From an uncultured Steroidobacteraceae bacterium (GTDB lineage: Bacteria > Pseudomonadota > Gammaproteobacteria > Steroidobacterales > Steroidobacteraceae), in assembly GCA_964632365.1 (NCBI GenBank), contig CAZWDR010000003.1:1-50153 (forward strand): 50,153 bases of DNA. The letters run 5' to 3'. The translations under genes and the position numbers were made by a program. Positions 43,926 through 50,153 of the stretch are shown here, piece after piece. The notes under the pieces were generated by a model. It worked only from the letters and a program-made list of their open reading frames with translations, did not search any database and was not told where the DNA came from. The number at the start of each line of letters is the position of its first letter. Position 1 is the first letter of the stretch.

Positions 43926-45878
43926 TCAGACCGGACGGCGGCGCGGCGGCGGCGTGCCGAGGAAGCTCCAGCGACGGCCCTCGGCCAGCAGCTGCATGAT
44001 CTCGCCGGGCGGCAAAGGTCGCGCAAGGCCGAAGCCCTGCGCCTCGTCACAGCCGTGCCGGCGCAGGAAGGCCAGCTGCTGCGAATTCTCGACGCCCTCG
44101 GCCACCACGCGCAGGTCCAGCGTGCGGGCCAGGCCGATGATGGCCGCGACGATGCGCGCGTTGTTCGCATCGTCGAGCATGTCGCGGATGAACTCGCGGT
44201 CGATCTTCAGCGAGTCGAGCGGGAAGCGCTTCAGGTAGTGCAGGCTCGAATAGCCCGTGCCGAAGTCATCGAGCACCAGCTTGATGCCCTGCGCCTTGAT
44301 GCGCTTGAGCGTGGCGATGGCGCCCTCGGCATCCTGCATCAGCATCGATTCGTTCAGCTCGAACTCGAACAGGTGCGGATCGAGGCCACTGGCCTCGATC
44401 GGGCGCGTCAGCGCCACATCGAGCTCGTTCTGACGGAACTGGCGCGCCGAGATGTTCACGGACACCGGCGGCGGCTCGAGCCCCGCGCCCTGCCATTCGA
44501 GCATCTGTGCGCAGACCATCGACACCACCCGCTCGCCCACCGGGATGATCAGGCCGGTGTCTTCGAGCACGGAGATGAACTCGCGCGGCGGCACCAGCAC
44601 GCCTTCGGCATTGCGCCAGCGCAGCAGTGCCTCCAGACCGCAGATGCGACCGGTGCGCAGGTCGACCTTCGGCTGGTATTCGAGCACGTACTGGTCGCGG
44701 TCGAGCGCTTCGCGCAGCTGGTTTTCCAGCTGCAGGCGGGCCAGCGCGCGCTGCTGCAGCTCGGGCAGGTAGAACTGGTACCCGTTGCGGCCGGACTGCT
44801 TGGCGCGGTACATCGCAAGGTCCGCGTTCTTCAGCAGGGTTTCAGGATCGGAACCATCGGCCGGGAACAGGCTGATGCCGACGCTGCCGGAGACATACAC
44901 CGTGTGTCCCTGGATGGCGAACGGCGTCGACAGCGCGTCGTTGATCTTCTGGCCGACGATGGCCGCATGGTCGGGCTGCGCCAGCGGCGAGAGCACCAGC
45001 GCGAACTCATCACCCGACAGGCGGCCGATGGTGTCGCCGGAACGCACCGTGGCCTTCAGCCGCTGCGCGATCTGCATCAGCAGCTCGTCGCCGATGCCAT
45101 GGCCGAGGGTGTCGTTGACGGCCTTGAAACGGTCGATGTCGACGAACAGCACCGCCACCGGCATCCCCTCGCGCTCCGCCGCGTCGATGGCGTGGGCGAG
45201 GCGATCGAGGTAGAGCGTGCGGTTCGGCAGTCCCGTGAGCGCATCGAACTGCGCCATGTAGGCCAGGCGGTCCTGCGCGGACTTGCGGTCCATGTAGGCC
45301 GACAGCGTGGTGGCGAGGTTCTGCAGGAACACCGCGGTGCTGGCCGTGGCGTCGCCGGCATCCTTCATCCACACGCTCAGGGTGCCGTAGATGCCGTTGG
45401 TGCCGGCGATCTGCACCTCGACACAGGGCTGCGGGCTGCCGTCCTGCGCGATCGCGTCTTCCTCGCCGAAGCCGGCCGCACGGGTCGGCTCCGCGCCGCG
45501 CTCGGCCTGCAGCAGCAGGCTGCAGCGCTGCGCGCCGACACCTTCACGCACGGCCTGCATCAGGCGGCGCGTCAGCGCGTCATAGGGCGGATGTCCCAGC
45601 ACGAACTGGCCGAAGCGTGCCAGCAGCGCGTACTGCAACGCGGTGAGGATCTGGATCTGGTCGGTGAAGCTCGTGGCCTCGTGCACATCGGGGGCTGCGC
45701 CCCCGGTGCCGCCACCAACGCCCGCCTGATCGCGGCCGGTGGCCGCCCCCGGCGCCAGATCGAGCGCCGCTGGATCACGGGGCGCGCGCGACCAGGGACC
45801 GGTCGTGATCACCGCCAGCGTGCGCAGGTTCTTGCCTTTCATTCGCGTGCCAGGTGGGTCATGTGGCGAGTCTGCCAT
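43926..45878 (-). CDS. GAF-GGDEF-EAL cyclic-di-GMP signalling protein
   Basis: ATG at 45878 (GAGG upstream; 45842 is an alternative). GAF-like N-domain. GGDEF domain with SGDEF and an RSGD I-site five residues upstream. EAL domain with EALLRW, DDFGTGYSSL, KIDREF and EGVEN. Confidence 0.85.
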   Translation of the reverse strand: MADSPHDPPGTRMKGKNLRTLAVITTGPWSRAPRDPAALDLAPGAATGRDQAGVGGGTGGAAPDVHEATSFTDQIQILTALQYALLARFGQFVLGHPPYDALTRRLMQAVREGVGAQRCSLLLQAERGAEPTRAAGFGEEDAIAQDGSPQPCVEVQIAGTNGIYGTLSVWMKDAGDATASTAVFLQNLATTLSAYMDRKSAQDRLAYMAQFDALTGLPNRTLYLDRLAHAIDAAEREGMPVAVLFVDIDRFKAVNDTLGHGIGDELLMQIAQRLKATVRSGDTIGRLSGDEFALVLSPLAQPDHAAIVGQKINDALSTPFAIQGHTVYVSGSVGISLFPADGSDPETLLKNADLAMYRAKQSGRNGYQFYLPELQQRALARLQLENQLREALDRDQYVLEYQPKVDLRTGRICGLEALLRWRNAEGVLVPPREFISVLEDTGLIIPVGERVVSMVCAQMLEWQGAGLEPPPVSVNISARQFRQNELDVALTRPIEASGLDPHLFEFELNESMLMQDAEGAIATLKRIKAQGIKLVLDDFGTGYSSLHYLKRFPLDSLKIDREFIRDMLDDANNARIVAAIIGLARTLDLRVVAEGVENSQQLAFLRRHGCDEAQGFGLARPLPPGEIMQLLAEGRRWSFLGTPPPRRRPV

Positions 45879-46011
45879 CGGACCTCGGCCTCGCTGCACG
45901 AGTTGCAGGGTTTGTGGCTCCGCGTTTGACCTAAAGTGCCGGAACTGTGACGCGGTTCGCGCTGTGGTGGGATGTTCAACCGTTGTCCTCCGCCACAAAC
46001 CGGCCCTCCTG

Positions 46012-46057
46012 AAAAAAACTGAGCCCGGAGGCGTGTGGGCTGCCATGCCGGGCTCAG
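46012..46057 (-). terminator. strong Rho-independent terminator (minus strand)
   Basis: 10-bp perfect stem CTGAGCCCGG / CCGGGCTCAG (46019-46028 and 46048-46057) with a 19-nt loop, followed on the minus strand by TTTTTTT (46012-46018). It lies 175 nt downstream of the flippase-like stop and upstream of the GGDEF-EAL gene. Confidence 0.65.
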
Positions 46058-46232
46058 TTGCGATGGAGTTTCAGGTTGGCGACTGGTCATTCCACCGCGT
46101 CGACAGGTTCGCCGATCAGGCCGCCGCCGGCCATCTGGACAGACCGGCAGCTGCTGCGGGACTGATCCTACACACCGGTGGTTATGTCGCATGTTTACAC
46201 GCCGAGGCGGCGCAGGCCGCCTCTTCGAGCTG

Positions 46233-47429
46233 CTAGGCGCGCACCGGCGCGCTGGCCTGCATCTGCCGGATGCCCAGCCGGGCCGACAGCGCGGTCTTGC
46301 ACACCCATCCCCCCGTGACGCCGTAGATGATCCAGACCAGCCCGAGCGGTGACAGCAGCACGGCCAGGGCCGCCCCGACCAGGATCGCCAGCCAGTTGCC
46401 GGCGTTCACCAGCCGCAGCTGCGGCCCCTCGCAGAACGCCAGCGCGATCGAATGCGCGAACGCGCAGCAGACCCGCGTGATGCCACCGAGCACCACCGCC
46501 AGGACCAGTGCGGTGGACACGCGCCGGTGCTCAAGCACCAGTTCACAGAGCGGCGGCGCGATCAGCACGATCAGCGCACCGCCGGCAATGCACAGCGAGA
46601 GCAGCAGGATGATCTCCTTGCGCAGCATGCGCAGCCGCTGCGCCGCGTCCTGGAGGTTTCGGAGGCGGGCCACCAGCGTGGCGATGGTGCCCATCTCGAG
46701 CATGCGATACGGGGACAGCGCGGCGGCCGCAACCACTGCGTAGACGGCCAGTTCCGCCTCGCCGAGCAGCACCGGAACCAGCAGCCGCTCCAGCTGCATC
46801 ATGCCCTCGCCGGCGAACGCAAGGCCGCCGAAGTTCAGCGCATCACGGCGCAGCGCGCCGTCGATCGGCGGTCCGTCACGCTGGTTTTTGGCCACCCAGC
46901 GCCAGGCGTAGGCCCCGATCACCAGATAGGTCACCGCGACGACGAGGGTCGGGAACCAGTGCACACGGCCAATGCCCAGCAGCATCAGGCCGGCCGCGAG
47001 CAGCAGCGCGATGTTCGGGATCTGCGACAGCACGATCATGCGCTGCAGCGCCATCGCGCGCTGGAACGCCGAGCGGGTGAGCAACGCGATGCCGCCGGCA
47101 AGGATGGCCGTCTCGAGCACGACCAATGCGAACAGCGGCAACCCGTAGAGCACCCGGGCCATCAGGCCAGCGCCGAGGGCGGCGACGAGCACGCTCGCGC
47201 CGCCATAGAACAGCAGGCGGCTGTCGGTGCGTCGGTCATGGCGCAGCGCAATGCCGTTGACGCCGGCCGGCGCGGCCGCCACGGCGACATTGCACAGTGC
47301 GATCATCACCACCGCCCAGCTGAACTGGTACTCATCCAGCACGCGCGCCATGACCAGCGTCGCGACGATGAAGCCGCCGCCCGCCACTGCGAACACGGCG
47401 GCTGCCATCACCCCCGGGGCCCTGCGCAT
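46233..47429 (-). CDS. polytopic membrane protein, probably a MOP-superfamily (Wzx-like) polysaccharide flippase
   Basis: ATG at 47429, 13 nt after the ligase stop. About 10-12 hydrophobic segments over 398 aa. The call rests on context with the ACP / ligase / acyltransferase genes; I cannot verify family membership by eye. Confidence 0.5.
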   Translation of the reverse strand: MRRAPGVMAAAVFAVAGGGFIVATLVMARVLDEYQFSWAVVMIALCNVAVAAAPAGVNGIALRHDRRTDSRLLFYGGASVLVAALGAGLMARVLYGLPLFALVVLETAILAGGIALLTRSAFQRAMALQRMIVLSQIPNIALLLAAGLMLLGIGRVHWFPTLVVAVTYLVIGAYAWRWVAKNQRDGPPIDGALRRDALNFGGLAFAGEGMMQLERLLVPVLLGEAELAVYAVVAAAALSPYRMLEMGTIATLVARLRNLQDAAQRLRMLRKEIILLLSLCIAGGALIVLIAPPLCELVLEHRRVSTALVLAVVLGGITRVCCAFAHSIALAFCEGPQLRLVNAGNWLAILVGAALAVLLSPLGLVWIIYGVTGGWVCKTALSARLGIRQMQASAPVRA

Positions 47430-47442
47430 CGTCACCGCCGGA

Positions 47443-48921
47443 TCACGCGGAGCCGGCGGACTCGCGGGTGCGCAGCACGGACCGCATCGGCTTTCCGGAG
47501 GCACTGCGCGGCAACTGCTCGACGAAACGGATGCGCCGCGGCACGGCATGCGGCTCCAGCCGTTGCGCGGCGAACTTCATGAGGACTTCGGCATCTGGCG
47601 TGGCGGCGTGGCGCGCGATGACATAGGCGACGGGAATCTCGCCCAGCACACCGTCTGGATCCGGCGCACCCACGCACATGCAGTCGAGCACGTCCGGATG
47701 CAGCGCGAGGCTGCCCTCGACCTGCGGTGGATACACCTTCTTGCCGCCAACATTGATCAGATCGTCCTTGCGCCCCGCCAGGAAAAGGTAGCCGGCCCCG
47801 TCGAGCCAGCCGATGTCGCCGGTGTCGAGCCAGCCCTGCGGGTCCAGCACGCGCGCGCTGCGCTCGGGATCCCGCCAGTATTCTCTCATCACCGTGTCCG
47901 CCTTCACGCGGATCCGCCCGGTCTGCCCGGCTTCGAGCGCCGTTCCGGCATCGTCGCAGATCTGGATCTGCACATTCGGCGAAGCACGGCCCACCGACGC
48001 CAGCCGCCCGGCATCGGCGTGGAATTCGATGAACGCGCTGCGCGAGGCTTCGGTGAGTCCGTAGTGCATGCACAGGCGCGCCTGCGGCAGCGCATCCATC
48101 AGCGCCTGCTTCATCGCAGGTTCCATCGGGGCACTGCCGAGTTCGACGAAGCGCAGTGACCGGCCTGCCGTGGCGAGGTGTTCCGGTCCCGGCTTCAGCA
48201 GCACCGCAGCGCCGGCGGGCACGCAGGCGAGGCCTGTCGCCGCGTGTTCCGCCAGGGCCTTGTAGATCAGGGCCGGGAAGTTCAGGCCGGGCACGAGGAT
48301 GAGGGTCCCGCCGGCCAGGAAACTGCAGCGCAATCGCCCCAGGCCGAACGAATGGTTCAGCGGCACCGTCACGACCTCGCGGTCGGACGCGCCATTGCCG
48401 ATGAACGCGTTGATGTTGCGCGCCGCCGCCACGAGGTTTGCGTGCGTGAGCACCACACCCTTGGGCCGGCCGGTGCTGCCGCTGGTGAACAGGATGTCGG
48501 CAATGTCCCCCGCACCGGGCAGGACGGGCCATTGCGCGGGCGACGCATCCGGCGGTGCGGCCATCTGCGCCTCGAGCGCCGGCCGCAGCGCGGCGAGAAG
48601 GGCCTTGTCGAGCAGCAGATGCGGCTCCGCCATCGCGAGCAGATCCTCCCTCACCTGCGACGGCAGGCGCGGATCGAGCGGGATCACCGCCGCGCGCGCC
48701 AGGTGGATGCCGAGATACAGCACCGGGAACCACGCCTCGTCCGTGCCGGTGACCGCGACGCGGTGGCCGGGGGCAACGCCCCTGCCCTGCAGCCATTGCG
48801 CCGCGCACACGGCGCCGCGCCACAATTGCGCGTAGGTCAGCGTCAGCGAGCGCGTGACCAGCGCCGCATGGGACGGCGTCTGCGCGGCATGATGGCGAAC
48901 CGCCTCCTCGATCGTGTTCAC
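47443..48921 (-). CDS. AMP-dependent synthetase/ligase (ANL adenylating enzyme, probable carrier-protein loader)
   Basis: GTG start at 48921 with AAGGTGA upstream. Core motifs LFTSGSTGRPKGV, HYGLTEA, WLDTGDIG, GRKDDLINVGGKKV and SASGKPMR. Confidence 0.85.
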   Translation of the reverse strand: MNTIEEAVRHHAAQTPSHAALVTRSLTLTYAQLWRGAVCAAQWLQGRGVAPGHRVAVTGTDEAWFPVLYLGIHLARAAVIPLDPRLPSQVREDLLAMAEPHLLLDKALLAALRPALEAQMAAPPDASPAQWPVLPGAGDIADILFTSGSTGRPKGVVLTHANLVAAARNINAFIGNGASDREVVTVPLNHSFGLGRLRCSFLAGGTLILVPGLNFPALIYKALAEHAATGLACVPAGAAVLLKPGPEHLATAGRSLRFVELGSAPMEPAMKQALMDALPQARLCMHYGLTEASRSAFIEFHADAGRLASVGRASPNVQIQICDDAGTALEAGQTGRIRVKADTVMREYWRDPERSARVLDPQGWLDTGDIGWLDGAGYLFLAGRKDDLINVGGKKVYPPQVEGSLALHPDVLDCMCVGAPDPDGVLGEIPVAYVIARHAATPDAEVLMKFAAQRLEPHAVPRRIRFVEQLPRSASGKPMRSVLRTRESAGSA

Positions 48922-48960
48922 GCGCTCACCTTTGCGCCAGCGGCAAGCGACCCCCGCCCA

Positions 48961-49566
48961 TCAGGTCCGCCAGAAGATCACTTTGGCCGGCGATCCGAAG
49001 ACCACGGCGTAGGGCGGCACCTTGCCGGTGACGACGCTGCCGACGCCGATGACGGCGCCATCCCCCACCTCGCAACCGTCGACGAGGACGGCATTGGCGC
49101 CCACCAGCACGTCGTTGCCGATGCGGATGCCACGGTCCAGATAGCCCTGCTCGGTGATGAGCCGGTCGCGCCGCCGGTATTCGCGACTGGTGCCGATGAT
49201 GGTGACGTGTGGCCCGAGCCGCACGTGGTCACCGGCAATGATGTCCGCCTGGCCGGCGGCGATGTGGTTGAAGCTGCCGATGGCGCAGTCCTCGCCGAAG
49301 CGGATGCAGCCACCGCTGCTCTGCACGATCGAGAACGGCTTGACCACCGATCCCCTGCCCAGGCGCACGCGCCGCGTGAACTGCACGCGCGACGCCGGGC
49401 TCACCAGGGCCCGGTCACGCAGGTAGATCAGCAGTGACGACACGGTGGCCGGCATCAGGTACCGCTGCAGCATGCGCCAGCGGCTGTTCAGGGCTTTCTC
49501 CCCGGGACCGATGCGGATCGGCTTGCGCCGCGGCGTGCTGGTCTCCGGACTATTGACGGCCGTCAT
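48961..49566 (-). CDS. hexapeptide-repeat (left-handed beta-helix) acyltransferase
   Basis: 201 aa, ATG start. Tandem [LIV]-G-x4 repeats (IRFGEDCAIGSFNHIAAG...IIAGDHVRLGPHVTII...IRIGNDVLVGANAVLVDGCEVGDGAVIGVGSVV). The start overlaps the ACP gene by 17 nt. Confidence 0.8.
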   Translation of the reverse strand: MTAVNSPETSTPRRKPIRIGPGEKALNSRWRMLQRYLMPATVSSLLIYLRDRALVSPASRVQFTRRVRLGRGSVVKPFSIVQSSGGCIRFGEDCAIGSFNHIAAGQADIIAGDHVRLGPHVTIIGTSREYRRRDRLITEQGYLDRGIRIGNDVLVGANAVLVDGCEVGDGAVIGVGSVVTGKVPPYAVVFGSPAKVIFWRT

Positions 49567-49828
49567 CCACGTGCTCCGTGTCGAGCCGTGTATTGACGTA
49601 GTCCGTGATTCCGAGGATCGATTCGAAGTTCTCGGGCAGCAGATCCGTGGGTGCGACGTGGATCGCGAAGCGCCCTTCGAGCTGTGGCACCAGATCCATC
49701 AGGCGGAGGGAATCGAGCACCCCCGCATCCACCAGGGACTCCGCGTCGGCAATCTGCGGCGCGGTCTGGCGGTCAAGGAATCCAAGTTCGGTCAGCTGTG
49801 AGCGGATATCGCGGCAGGAAACTCTCAT
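49550..49828 (-). CDS. acyl/peptidyl carrier protein
   Basis: 92 aa, ATG with GAGGTG 8 nt upstream. Phosphopantetheine attachment motif GVLDSLRLMDL (DSL). Confidence 0.8.
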   Translation of the reverse strand: MRVSCRDIRSQLTELGFLDRQTAPQIADAESLVDAGVLDSLRLMDLVPQLEGRFAIHVAPTDLLPENFESILGITDYVNTRLDTEHVDDGRQ

Positions 49829-49912
49829 GGAACGGCACCTCGGGTCCGGGAAGAATGAACCGGAGGCAAAAGCGCAGCGCGCCCTGCCTCCGACAGCGCG
49901 ATCACCGCGGAC

Positions 49913-50113
49913 TCAGGGCGGAACGGGGGTTGCGGGCGCGGATCCGAGAAGCGGGAAGACGCGGGCCAGGCCGCCACGGGCAGGCCGGAAGGACCATGCG
50001 TTGCGGGTCCAGTTGCGCAACCGGTTGCGGCAGTAGCGATGTCGGATCAGTAGGACGCGCATGACGGTGCAGGTTGGACGCTCGACCTGATGGGTCTGTT
50101 TGATCCGCAGCAT
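49913..50113 (-). CDS. small Arg-rich ORF (66 aa, or 49 aa from the ATG at 50062), possibly a fragment of an upstream gene
   Basis: This frame has the highest third-position G/C of the three minus frames here. I recognise no family and see no clear SD. The same frame continues upstream past a single TGA at 50126-50128. Confidence 0.25.
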   Translation of the reverse strand: MLRIKQTHQVERPTCTVMRVLLIRHRYCRNRLRNWTRNAWSFRPARGGLARVFPLLGSAPATPVPP

Positions 50114-50153
50114 CGCCGCGGCGCGTCAGGCGGACCATCGGGTCGGGGAGCCA

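Noticed and set aside
46063-46236. 57-codon plus-strand ORF (MEFQVGDWSFHRVDRF...) in the large intergenic gap, ending 4 nt inside the flippase-like gene.
   Set aside because: There is no SD and only moderate third-position G/C. Part of it is low-complexity Ala-rich sequence and I recognise no family. I treat the region as non-coding (see the related finding).
1-50153. I looked for mobile elements, prophage genes, defence systems, toxin-antitoxin pairs, CRISPR arrays and rRNA/tRNA genes across the whole window.
   Set aside because: - No product resembles a transposase, integrase, recombinase or phage structural protein.
- I saw no terminal inverted or direct repeats flanking a block.
- No spacer-interrupted repeat array is present.
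- No intergenic gap is long enough and unexplained enough to hold an rRNA gene, and none shows cloverleaf-type tRNA features by eye.
- GC content looks uniformly high, with no obvious island.
- A tRNAscan/Infernal run would be the decisive check.

Overview
Very GC-rich sequence: third codon positions are almost all G/C, and every frame throws long spurious ORFs. The segment is gene-dense and looks like core proteobacterial chromosome. The gene content resembles a Xanthomonadales/Nevskiales-type gammaproteobacterium, but that is inference only. I support about 46 protein-coding genes. I see no rRNA, tRNA, CRISPR array, IS element, transposase, integrase, phage gene or recognisable defence island.

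The ORF track prints TTG/GTG starts as M, so I re-derived many starts from the DNA.

Gene content from left to right:
- lemA (partial), a small ORF, and greB
- a polyamine locus: homospermidine synthase and GST, divergent from speA
- a UvrD-family helicase, a NUDIX hydrolase and a small hydrophilic ORF
- a seven-gene minus-strand chain with overlapping stops and starts: M32 carboxypeptidase, ttcA, Cys-phosphatase, HExxH peptidase, ATP-grasp ligase, CpcT-fold lipoprotein, lptF
- an RND pump pair
- a non-canonical glycogen locus: glgA opposite glgP-glgC-GH57-malQ-LEA_2 lipoprotein
- DUF192, an OmpA-family porin with two long poly-Pro tracts, and a TonB-dependent receptor
- fbp, modBC, a CNNM/TlyC protein, yciH and PCu(A)C
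- an ABC-F ATPase carrying an in-frame (GGTGCA)9 microsatellite
- ribA, an esterase and a GAF-GGDEF-EAL protein
- at the right edge, an ACP / LbH acyltransferase / adenylating enzyme / flippase-like module that probably continues beyond the window

The best candidates for undescribed biology are the phosphatase / metallopeptidase / ATP-grasp / lipoprotein cassette (9708-12919) and the carrier-protein acylation module (46233-49828 and beyond). Neither can be assigned a function from sequence alone. I see nothing that clearly constitutes a novel system.
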